64,000 nucleotides of DNA from Macrostomum lignano. Its lineage: Eukaryota. Positions 28,301 through 39,410 of the stretch are shown piece by piece. The stretch lies in contig NIVC01000622.1 of assembly GCA_002269645.1 (NCBI GenBank), positions 251,424 through 315,423 of the forward strand, read 5' to 3'. How positions within the stretch are numbered: the stretch's first letter is position 1; each line of letters starts with the position of its first letter. The notes beneath the pieces are model-generated. The model was not told where the DNA came from. It saw only the letters and a list, made by a program, of their open reading frames with translations, and searched no databases. A program made the position numbers and the translations under genes.

Positions 28301-30753
28301 TCTATCTCTCACCATTTCTTACTCTCACCATTTTATCTCTCACCATTCTATCTCTCACCATTCTATCTCTCACCATTCTATCTCTCACTATTCTATCTCT
28401 CACCATTTCTTACTCTCACCATTTTATCTCTCACCATTTTATCTCTCACCATTCTATCTCTCACCATTCTATCTCTCACCATTCTATCTCTCACCATTCT
28501 ATCTCTCACCATTCTATCTCTCACCATTCTATCTCTCACCATTCTATCTCTCACTATTCTATCTCTCACCATTTCTTACTCTCACTATTCTATCTCTCAC
28601 CATTTCTTACTCTCACCATTCTATCTCTCACCATTCTATCTCTCACCATTCTATCTCTCACCATTCTATCTCTCACCATTCTATCTCTCACCATTCTATC
28701 TCTCACCATTCTATCTCTCACCATTCTATCTCTCACCATTCTATCTCTCACCATTCTATCTCTCACCATTTCTTACTCTCACCATTTTATCTCTCACCAT
28801 TCTATCTCTCACCATTCTATCTCTCACCATTTCTATCTCTCACCATTTCTATCTCTCACCATTTCCATCTTTCTCACTCTCTCCATCTCTCCTACTACAT
28901 TTCTCTACCTTTCTGTACTCTTCATAACCCCTTTAACATGAAAAACGTATCAAAGTTTCCACACCCTCAACACCGCAGGGTACAGCAGCATCTGCAGCCC
29001 AGCAGCAGGTCACCAGGTGGCTTCATCAACGAGTCACTGCTCCGCCACTGCTGCCGCTGCCGCCGTAGCGGCCGCAGCTGCTTCAACCAGACAACAACCA
29101 GAGTGCGCCTCTTGCGGCTCCCTGATCCCATTTCCCATGGCAACCGCCCAGAGACTGCGCTGCAGAGAGCAACAGCAACAGCGACTTCACCCAGACAGTC
29201 CTTCAACCAGCTCTGCTGAGCACTTCCTCTGCTCCAACTGCTCACTGTACGCTGCTGGTGGCGGCGCTTCTCAACCAATGATGCAATTTCCGCATCCTGT
29301 GCCTCATCAGCAGCATCAGCAGCAGCTGTACCAGCAGCCTCATCATCAACCACAGCCACATCATCAGTTTCAATCCAGCCATCTTCAACATTCAAAAGCG
29401 ATTAAAATGGAGGCCCGTTCGAACTCCAGCGCGACAACTGCGAATTTGCCTGGCAACCAAAATTCGAATCAGTCCACGAGGAGACACGTGAGTTGAGTTG
29501 ATTTGCTGAAGAAATTCTCTGCCCAGGTGTCATCGGGGCCGTTCCACATTCATGTTAGTAGTGCTTTTCGAGCATGGACAGAAAAAAGCTGAAAATCCCC
29601 TTCTGAAAATACCCCTTCTGAAAATACCCCTTCTGAAAATACCCCTTCTAAAAATACCCCTTCTGAAAATACCCCTTCTGAAAATACCCCTTCTGAAAAT
29701 ACCCCTTCTGAAAATACCTCTTCTGAAAATACCCCTTCTGAAAATACCTCTTCTGAAAATACCTCTTCTGAAAATACCCATTCTAAAAATACCCCTTCTG
29801 AAAATACCCCTTCTGAAAATACCTCTTCTGAAAATACCCCTTCTGAAAATACCTCTTCTGAAAATACCCATTCTGAAAATACCCCTCTCTGAAAATACCC
29901 CTTCTAAAAATACCCCTTCTGAAAATACCCATTCTAAAAATACCCCTTTCTGAAAATACCCCTTCTGAAAATACCCCTTCTGAAAATACCCATTCTACAA
30001 ATACCCCTTCTGAAAATACCCCTTCTGAAAATACCCCTTCTGAAAATACCCCTTATGAAAATTCCATCTCCAGCTATCCAGGCGGGTCGGCACCGTGTGC
30101 TCAAACTGCCAGACAGCTCAATCAACTCTCTGGCGCCGCAGCCCCCACGGTCTCACCGTCTGCAACGCCTGCGGCCTTTACGAGAAGCTGCACGGGGTAA
30201 GCGGGCTGGGACTCGTTGAGGGGATCGGAGAACTCTGATTTATGGGAAAATACCTCACATTCACATCAACTCACACTATCGTCTTGCTTCATACAGACTC
30301 CTCGCCCAGCATCGCTAAAGAAAGACGTCATTCAGACCAGAAAGCGAAAGTCAAAGAAGGTCAAATCGATTGCCAAAACTAACGGATTAGTGACAGGTGA
30401 GAACATTGCCATGTGATTGCTTCACTGTTCAATGGCTTCATCCCTACCTGCTCAAACCCTTCCCTACTCCAACCCTTCCCTGCTTAAACCCTTCCCTGCT
30501 CCAACCCTTCCCTGCTCAAACCCTTCCCTGCTCCAACCCTTCCCTGCTCCAACCCTTCCCTGCTCAAACCCTTCAACCCCTCTCTCACTCAACCCTCCTC
30601 CACTCAAACCCTCCAAAAATCTCTCCAAAATTTGCAGAGCCAACAAAATCGTCTCCAACCCAGGCCGTTGGCTGCAGTTTTGCCCCGCCGATCCTGACGC
30701 CAAATGGTTTCTCCCCGGACTCAAAGCTCTTCCACACTGAGAAGTTTGCCTAA
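25332..30753 (+). CDS. GATA4/5/6: GATA transcription factor, GATA4/5/6 class; exons 25332-25494, 27958-28176, 28979-29487, 30074-30196, 30297-30396, 30638-30753
   Basis: Canonical C-finger [33 protein letters not shown] followed by [18 protein letters not shown] (TRKRK = 4/5/6 class). All GT-AG junctions are phase-compatible. The exon 2 acceptor (27958) is the least certain. Confidence 0.88.
25535..27890. repeat. 22-bp minisatellite (gaatcccagtttactgacacct), about 2.3 kb, filling GATA intron 1
   Basis: Direct inspection. Confidence 0.97.
28208..28890. repeat. 15-bp minisatellite (tctatctctcaccat) in GATA intron 2
   Basis: Direct inspection. Confidence 0.95.
29590..30062. repeat. 15-bp minisatellite (accccttctgaaaat) in GATA intron 3
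   Basis: Direct inspection. Confidence 0.95.
30445..30612. repeat. 16-bp minisatellite (aacccttccctgctcc) in GATA intron 5
   Basis: Direct inspection. Confidence 0.88.
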
Positions 30754-31239
30754 CTGTCTCCTTAACTGCAGCTTGAACATGTGTTTTCTGTAACTATAAT
30801 TTCGATACATGTCGGTGCATCATTGCTTTGATGTCTTCTTCTACGCAATCTAATTTTACAAGCGTAAATAATTGGTTACTCATAAATCTTAACTGGGTTT
30901 CAATCAACCGAACACGTCAGTGAATGAAATGTAACATAAATTTATTTTCCAAGTTTGTCTACTCGTGCTGATTATTGTGTCAAAGTCATTTTCTAATAGT
31001 CATACTAGTCTTGTAAATTATTTAACTAACATTTTTTCAAAGCGCATGCTTATGTATAAAAATAAAAATATGTGTACCTGTATTTATCGCGCAGTTACCA
31101 ACATGCACCCTGCAATAAATACTACTGTTTAATTAAGTAGCTGAGTGAGAAACTTTACAGCCATTTTGTAACAACTTTACAATCTGATTTTACGCGCTGA
31201 TGACCTGCGGATCCATGAGAATAGCGATAGGCTAGCAAC

Positions 31240-32010
31240 TGGGAATCTAAGAGGCTGGCCCAGCAACTGAGGATCTGGGAGGCTGGCCCAGCAACTGAGG
31301 ATCTGGGAGGCTGGCCCAGCAACTGAGGATCTGGGAGGCTGGCCCAGCAACTGACGATCTGGGAGGCTGGCCCAGCAACTGACGATCTGGGAGGCTGGCC
31401 CAGCAACTGACGATCTGGGAGGCTGGTCCAGCAACTGAGGATCTGGGAGGCTGGCCCAGCAACTGACGATCTGGGAGGCTGGCCCAGCAACTGACGATCT
31501 GGGAGGCTGGCCCAGCAACTGACGATCTGGGAGGCTGGTCCAGCAACTGAGGATCTGGGAGGCTGGCCCAGCAACTGAGGATCTGAGAGGCTGGCTAGCC
31601 CAGCAACTGACGATCTGGGAGGCTGGCCCAGCAACTGACGATCTGGGAGGCTGGCCCAGCAACTGACGATCTGGGAGGCTGGCCCAGCAACTGAGGATCT
31701 GGGAGGCTGGCCCAGCAACTGAGGATGTGGGAGGCTGGCCCAGCAACTGAGGATGTGGGAGGCTGGCCCAGCAACTGAGGATCTGGGAGGCTGGCTAGCC
31801 CAGCAACTGAACATCTGGGAGGCTGGCCTAATGACTGAGGATCTGGGAGGCTGGCCCTGCAACTGAGGATCTGGGAGGCTGGCCCAGCAACTGAGGATCT
31901 GGGAGGCTGGCTAGCCCAGCAACTGAACATCTGGGAGGCTGGCCCTGCAACTGAGGATCTGGGAGGCTGGCCCAGCAACTGAGGATCTGGGAGGCTGGCC
32001 CAGCAACTGA
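31240..32010. repeat. 28-bp minisatellite (caactgaggatctgggaggctggcccag)
   Basis: Direct inspection. Confidence 0.95.
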
Positions 32011-32617
32011 TGCATGCGGAGGCAGCTTATCTTCGATTTGCAACGGGTAATTTTTCCCAAAAAAATTTCCCAGCCTTCTGAGTGCCCGACAAGCTGTCAG
32101 ACTTTTTTGCTTCACACGCTAAATTCTCAATATGATTCCACAGCTGCGCAGAACTTTGTTTGTCGAAAGTGAAGGATTTTTATCCAGATTTGCAGCTGCT
32201 CAACTTCCCATTTCATATTGCAATTAGCTCAGAAACTGCCAGCTTTTGCTTTTTCTCGCGAACTGGGGATGCTAAAAAGCTTGATTAGCTGGTATGAGTT
32301 GCCCCTAAAGTGGATCAGGCGACAAGCAAGTGAAATTGGAACAAAACGTGAGTGAGATGAGAGTAGAATTCGGGTGAGAATGGAGTAAGACCTGCGTAAG
32401 ATTGGAGTAAACATGAGTGAGATTGAAGTGAGTCCAGATCGAAGTTGGGTAGAGTTAGGTGAGATTGTGACATAAGTGAGATTAGAGTGAGACAGGAGTT
32501 AGATTGATTTTTTGGCTATTCGATCTTATCCGCACATGCAGCTCATATTATGATCGTTAAGATCGTACTCATGCTGAGACAAGAAATATCTTTCTTGTTG
32601 ATTGTTACGATATTCAT

Positions 32618-32995
32618 GAGAGCTGTAGCCAAGTGGTCTACGTAGTGCGGTGCTCTGATGTGCCAGCGACCCAGGCTCGATTCCAAGTGCAGTCGCATTA
32701 ATTTGGGGCTAAAGTGGAATCTCGGCTTGGCTCTGCTCGTGCAATTAACGACCTTGAGGCCCAACCCCAAGGTGCAGTGAAGTGTACATGCTTAACGATA
32801 AATAAAGTTAGGGCCGCTTTGCATTCCTGTGTGAGTGTGAGCCTGTGTGTGTGTGACTGCGTACGTATCCGCACGCTTGTGTGCCTGCTCAGGGGAGTCG
32901 GCGGAATGGGTAGTGTGACAATGTCGCTTAAAGTGCACCAGGGTTCGCACAGACCCCTCTGCCTCTGATAGAAAGATCTCACAAGATTCGGTGTG
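32618..32995 (+). mobile_element. tRNA-derived SINE (head resembles tRNA-Glu), copy A
   Basis: Pol III A box TAGCCAAGTGG (32626-32636) and B box GGCTCGATTCC (32674-32684); body homologous to the inverted copy at 33570-34050. Confidence 0.78.
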
Positions 32996-33569
32996 ACCGA
33001 AAATACACCTAAGCCCAGGCCAGTCTGCATTCCTGTGCTACCATTCGTGCCCCTAGTTAATGATGCAGTCATTTTTTTGTAACTTTTAAGGAGCAGATTA
33101 AAAGTACTTTTCCGAGGTCCGCATCGTTTCCTCGCAGATTCCAACCGGAGTGCTTCTTACAACATTTGCAGTCAGCAACTTGAACTGGCAAACATTCAAC
33201 AACCAGATGACAACAGCAAAGGGTTGCAGCTTAGAGGAAAATATGATATGGGAGCCTTCTGCAGGTGTTTCAGTATCAGTTTAGGTTTTAGCAAACATGG
33301 AGCATTCTCCCGGCTTTCACTTGGTCAAATGTGTTTAGCTAATATTTAACGTTTTGTTGAAAAGATTTCAAGAATTTTCAGCTTTCGCTAGCAAGAATTA
33401 TAACTATTTGTTGCTAATAAGGCGAATGCGACTCAGGTTGATTGCTGGATGTGTGCTTTGTAATTGTTGGCAGTACCTCACCTGGAGTGCCGAATTCCAA
33501 ATGAATCGAGTATGCTAGACAGGCTAGCAGGTGTATTTTGTTAAATTGAGGTCACTTTTTATCAACATC

Positions 33570-34050
33570 GAATTTCGTAAGATCTTTCTATCAGAGACAG
33601 GGGGTCTGTTTGAACCCTGGCGCACTTTAAGCGACATTGTCACACTACCCATTCCCAGAGTCATACGCACAGGCACACTCGCACAGGAGTGTACAGCGGC
33701 CCTAACTTTAATTTATCGTTAGGCATGTACACTTTAAGTCCCGTGCCTTGGGGGTTGGCCCATAGCTGCTGGCGACACTGGGGGACCTCCCTGGGCGGCG
33801 CCAACCCTTCGTCCATAGCGACGCGTCGGCCGTTCAGGGATTAGCGGAATGGGCGTTCGCACCTTCCCGCTGTGTCCCCCCGGGACAGCCCTGCAGCTAA
33901 GTCAAGTAAGTCAAGGGGATTGGCCCTCAAGGGCGTTGATTGCACGAGCAGAGCCAAGCCGAGATTTTAATTTAGCACTTGGAATCGAGCCTTGGCCACT
34001 GACATATCAGAGCTACTTTGGGCTACGACGTGCCACTAGGCTACGACGCC
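33570..34050 (-). mobile_element. tRNA-derived SINE, copy B, interrupted by a short retroposed insert
   Basis: A box TAGCCTAGTGG (34043-34033), B box GGCTCGATTCC; shared 3' block GGAATGGGTAGTGTGACAATGTCGCTTAAAGTGC...CTCTGATAGAAAGATCT. Confidence 0.78.
33762..33914 (+). mobile_element. Very short 5'-truncated retroposon 3' end inserted in SINE copy B
   Basis: Tail TAAGTCAAGTAAGTCAAG (same as at 60248-60262); 12-bp TSD with one mismatch, GGGGGTTGGCCC (33750-33761) / GGGGATTGGCCC (33915-33926). Confidence 0.65.
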
Positions 34051-34308
34051 TTCTCCTGAATAGGGTTCTGCAATAGGCAACTTCGGTGGAGAAAATCCGC
34101 ACAAGGAAATAATCCACTAAAGAGACACTAAAGAGAATTTCCTTTGAGCTTTGCTATAGCTTTTCTGTCTCTGGTAGAATATTGTGGGGTAAAATGACTT
34201 GTTTAACAATACATTTAGCAGCGAACGCCGCTCTTTAAAGCGAAATTTTATCGGCAATTGTAATTCAGTTAATTCAGCCGCAGTTGCTATGAAGTGCCTC
34301 GCGCGCGA

Positions 34309-35137
34309 TCAGCCACGCTGGTAGAGAGTCCAGTCAGGTCCGGTCAGGCTGGCTGGCGGGTAGACGAACGCCAGCAGGTGGCAGGCGAGCAGCCGCTTGG
34401 AGAAAACGGCGGCCTGGCAGTCGGCTCTGGCGCTGCACTGGAGCAGGCAGTCGGCGTCAGACTGGGCAGCGGCGGGCCAGACGGAAGTCGATTCGGATGT
34501 CACCGGAGGGCTGGACTGTCGCACCACCGTGTAGGTGTTCCTGTCTGACACTGTTTAATTTGAAGTCAGAATTTGTTTAGCATTTTGATAGTTCTGTACC
34601 CAGCAACTGCCAACCCGCTATCTGATGATGTCATTGGTGATTTTGATGCTAGACTTCATAGACTCTATTCCGTAAATTGATATTGACATTTTGATGATTC
34701 TTTGATAGATTTGATGATTTGAGCAACTTACCGAGATATGTCAGAGCAAACACCGAGTTTCGCCGCGACCCGCCGCAATTCTGCAGCGTATTTCCTGGAC
34801 ACGAGTAGTGGCAGTCGGTCTTGTTGGCTTTACCATAGGAACCGAACGAGTTGCCGCAAAAGCACTGTCTGCGGCTCTGCAGGCCGAAGTACGCAAAGCT
34901 GCCTAACGAGCAGATGCCGCTGCAAAACTCGTGCGTTGTCTCACTACCGGTTTGCACGAAGCCGTCAGCAGCCACGCTAAATTCGCCGAACGTGCAGCTG
35001 GCGTTGAGACCGTTCAAATCTCTAGCACTGATTCTGTCCACATAGCAGCCCAGGTAAGAAAATTGAACGGATCTGCCAGCAACGTTGGTGGTGAGAAGAG
35101 CGGCAAAGAAAATAAGTGGCAGTTTCGGGCGAACCAT
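34309..35137 (-). CDS. Secreted WSC + PAN/apple-like protein, copy 1 (exons 35137-34732 and 34550-34309; 215 aa)
   Basis: Signal peptide MVRPKLPLIFFAALLTTNVAG; 8-Cys WSC domain (YLGCYVD...CFCGN...CGG..RNSVF); 4-Cys PAN-like exon; phase-1 GT-AG intron gives an intact frame. Confidence 0.87.
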
Positions 35138-36074
35138 ATCTCTGAACACTGGGTGATTTGGTGATTAGAAGGTATCTTAGGGAAGTTGACATGTGCAGCT
35201 CACAGTTTTTTTGGTCCTACATTTGCTTCTTTGGATCCAATAGTATTGAGTCAATTTTTCACAATGGCAAATTTCTTTCAACCAATAGAGGTTTAAGAGA
35301 ACTTTCTCATTGGCCATATTTGATACGAAGAAATTTACTTATGTAGTGAGCCAATAGATTAGCCTGCTAGGTGAATCGGTAGTTGAACTCAAATTTGTGC
35401 GAAAATATGTTATTAGTGACGAAACGTAACAGGAAAACAACAAACAAACGACGAAGGAGGAGTTAAAATGAGTCTAATAGCTTTAGTCACTTGGACGACA
35501 GTGTCCGACAGTTATATTTACAGCTAATAGTACTCAATACAATACATGATGTTGCCAAACACATAATTTTGATATACTTACATGTATACCATAAAAATTC
35601 GAAATGCGACTCATCCCTTTTAAATATCTCGTCCAGGGCCCCCTAGTTCGATTGGATGATCAATAAGTACTGATCAAGAAGAGTTTGTTTGTTTGCTTGC
35701 ACTTGTTGAGCAGCTTCTTTTTGAGCATGCAAAGGTTCGAAGCCTTAAACTATCTGTCCGCTTTTTCCCTCTCATTGATTGTTCTCGGCTTTAAAAGGGA
35801 GTTTTTTACCTATTTATAACGTAAAATGATTCCCGTGACAGCCTTTCGCCATTTTCCGTGTCCTTTTTCAAACGCAGTAAGAATGTTTCACAGGAGTTAT
35901 TACCTAAAACTACTTCCGGTGAAGCTCCTCAGACTATAAGTACGGACTCCCATAGGCTTGTTTCGGTCAGGCGCTTAATCCGAGCAACACCTTTCGTTCT
36001 GACTAAGCTTCCATTTGATCCACTGTTGATCTGCACACTTCTGAAAAATTCTGCTTAGAAACTAAAAAAAACAT

Positions 36075-36590
36075 TTGCTCCCAACGCCGTTGTCACCACT
36101 CGGATCAACCAGTGGGTGGCTTCAAAGCACAGGGAGAGGTAGACTAACGCGCCCGACTGCCGGCAATTCCGCGCGGCTTTTCCCTGTCCTTCATCCGCCC
36201 TGCGCAAGGCCCTGCTTGGACTCAACCGCAGGGACATCGGGGTGGTGACCATGGCCCTCTTGGGCATGCCAGGCATCGTTACCTCCAGGGAAAAATCCAT
36301 AGCGAGAAATTCCCCTCTGCCTCTTCAGTGTCGACAATGAGGAGCACTTTATCTGTAAATGTCCCGTCTCTACTCAGGACAGGCTCACCTACCTCGGCTC
36401 AAACTCGGATCTCTCAGACGTTTTCAGGCCCGAGAATCTCTGCCAGCTCGTCCGCTACCTAAGGGCTACCGGGCGAGCGACTATCCATCTCCTGGACTCT
36501 CCGGAGGGGGACCGCGCTGCAGACACCGGCACCACCGGATCTCCCTGCGCGACACCGCAGCACCAGCTGCCTGTGGTCGCCAGGGGTTAG
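36075..36590 (+). mobile_element. Decayed 3' fragment of a LOA-like LINE (same family as 59812-60262)
   Basis: VTTRINQWVASKHRE...CRQFRAAFP...[14 protein letters not shown] with stops and frameshifts; close nucleotide similarity to the 59.8 kb copy. Confidence 0.82.
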
Positions 36591-37151
36591 CGAAATGGAC
36601 GGCAACGCCTTCTTTCTGCATCCGGTAACTGCACGGTCAGCGGACTTTCACAGGTCCAACAGACCTGAAGGAACTGGTGGCAGGGCCAAACTGCCCGATG
36701 CTACACCCCAAGCTTGAGCTTAGAACGAACTCATGAACAGGAGGTTGAGTTAGACGCAGAGCATCACGCTTATAATTAGCCAATATTTTAAAAAGACACT
36801 ACTAACTACGCGTAGTGCCTTAAATGCGAGCGTAAAATAACGAAAAACACAACATAAAAATTTCTTAAATTCATAAACTTTGATTATATACCCACTTTCA
36901 GTGATCTTTGTCCTCATTATTAATCATCCGGATCGTTTGATAGCAGAGCAATGAACTGACTACTGACTAACAACGACCATTGCTACTGTGACTGCTAAAG
37001 TAGTAAGTGCTGATCATACTTCAAATAGGTTTCATTTTCAAGATCCTGTGATGCCATGCACTTTGTAACTCAGAGTTTATTTTAGCAACATTATTGTCCA
37101 AAGTTAGTTCGAATGTCTAAAACTCAAGCTCAAAACTCTAACATGAGGCCA

Positions 37152-37886
37152 TCAGGCGCGGGGGAAGAACTCCCCAGTCACGTTCGCCAGAGATGGCGGC
37201 ACTCCAGCGAACGGCAGCAGGTAGCACAGGCGCTGATGCTGCGAGAACACCACAGCCTGACATTCGTCGGTTGAGGTGCACTCAATCAGGCAGGTGACCA
37301 GCTGCTCAGATTTAATGCTGCGGTAAGCTGGTCGGGGGAAAGAATCTCCGACAGTGAAGCTGGCGCGATCCACAGGGATGTTGAAGCTTTTCATTGCTGA
37401 AAATTGATAGGAGCCATGACTTTTGTGCAGTGTTCTGGTAGTATTTAAAAAAATAAAGAGTCACTCACACAAATACGTCTGAGAGTAGACAGAGTTTCGA
37501 TTTCGACTGCCGCAGATCTCGCTTGGTTGACCGGCGCAGGTCATTTTGCATTCGGCTTGGTTGGCCGCTCCTTGGGAGCCGTACGACAGCCCGCAGTAGC
37601 ACTCCTTGCCGAACTGCAGGCCGAAGTACGGGAAGCCGCCCAGAGAGCAGATGTGGCTGCACAGCTCCAGCGTCATGGACATCAAGGAGACGCAGCCGAT
37701 GGAGAGCATGGAGAACTCGGCCAGGCTCTGCACTCCCCGCAGTCCGTGAAGGTCCCTAGTATCGTTCGTCGCGTCCACGTAGCATCCGCGATACTCAAAA
37801 CGGGCGAGTCTCCCAGTAGCGCCCAGAAGCAAGAGGCTCAGGAACAGTGCCACAAAGATCAGTTGCCAGTTTCTCAATGCCTTCAT
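37152..37886 (-). CDS. Secreted WSC + PAN/apple-like protein, copy 2 (exons 37886-37469 and 37396-37152; 220 aa)
   Basis: Signal peptide MKALRNWQLIFVALFLSLLLLGATG; WSC cysteines; exon 2 TCLIECTSTDECQAVVFSQHQRLCYLL; phase-1 intron. Confidence 0.87.
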
Positions 37887-38949
37887 GGTCTCCAGTGACA
37901 AGCAGCAGCGCTGAGTTTTGTGCTGTTTTTCCGGAAAAGCTTCTGTCAAATCAGCTCGGCTATGATCAAGCGAATTTATCCCCAAAAGCCGAATGAGTGA
38001 AGTGCAGGACACGGTAAACAATTCAAGCTAACTGGCTGAGTTTGTGAAAGGCGATGGATGGATAGAAAATTGCGATAATGAAAAGCAAATAGTTCCAATC
38101 AACTCAACCTGACGTACATGCTAATGAAAGACTGATTAAAATATCTGCTGTATATTTGTAGTTGAGTGGCCTAAAAGCCAGAGTTGTGCAACCCACTCTA
38201 TCAGCTCGAATGCTTGCTTCACACGTGTGTCAATAAATTCTCATGTGCCAGGACCTGATGCTAATGAATATTAAGTGTGGCAGTCATCGCACTTAACTGA
38301 TGTACAGAAAAAAATAATGTTGTACGATCCCCGATTCGCCTAAAAGCAAATTTGAATGAAAGGTCGCTTAATTTGCACGAGTAAGTATAAAATGGGCCTC
38401 GAGTATTCAGACTATGAAGTCGCCGATGGGACACAGAGAAGCATGTCCCACCCCAGTAAAAGCTGTGGGGGTCATGCTAATACTTTATTGACCGAAAACA
38501 ACCTCTTAAACTAACACAGCCTAACGGAAATCTAACAACATTTTAGCACGGGGAGCCAAAAGCATCAAAGAAGTATTGAACGCTGTAGCAATCTGGCCTA
38601 TAATGTATGATGCGGCAGCGGTAGGCCGGACTGAGGTTCTTGAAGGCGTCACTGAAGTCACTCAACAATCGGACTGCTTCACCGCTATGAGGGTGCTTCT
38701 GTATGAGACTGTTTTTTTACCTGTAGTGGTGAGGTTCAATAGGTCATTCATTGTAGTTACTGTAGTTAGTTGACTTTACATGTGTATTTAGCCAAAGGTC
38801 AACTTGGTCAAAACGCGTCAGTTACTTGATCTATATCAGTTGTCGGATTTTATTTGTAGTGTCAAAAGAATACACGTTTAAGTGAGTTTTAGAGACATCA
38901 TGACGCTGTAAAATGTAGCTGGGATTATACGGATATGGTTGCACATGCT

Positions 38950-39410
38950 ATATGGGTATTTCTCTGTATGCAATTGTCTATGGAAATTTGTCTATGGGTA
39001 TTTGTCTGTATGCAATTGTCTATGGAAATTTGTCTATGGGTATTTTTCTGTATGCAATTGTCTATGTAAATTTGTCTATGGGTATTTTTCTGTATGCAAT
39101 TGTCTATGAAAATTTGTACATGGGTATTTATTTGTACATAGGCCTTTGTCTGAGTATTTGTCTGTATGCAATTGTCTATGGAAATTTGTCCTTGGGTATT
39201 TATTTGTCCATAGGCCTTTGTCTATGAGTATTTGTCTGTCGGCAATTGTCTATATGGAAATTTGTCCATGGGTATTTGTCCATAGGCCTTTGTCTATGAG
39301 TATTTGTCTGTATGCAATTGTCTATGGAAATTTGTCCTTGGGTATTTATTTGTCCATAGGCCTTTGTCTATGAGTAGTTGTCTGTAGGCAATTGTCTATG
39401 GAAATTTGTC
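38950..39410. repeat. About 42-bp AT-rich minisatellite
   Basis: Unit tatgggtatttgtctgtatgcaattgtctatggaaatttgtc, by direct inspection. Confidence 0.88.

Noticed and set aside
32618-32690. Functional tRNA gene
   Set aside because: It has A and B boxes but no clean cloverleaf or acceptor stem, and it continues into a repeated body, so it is better explained as a SINE head.
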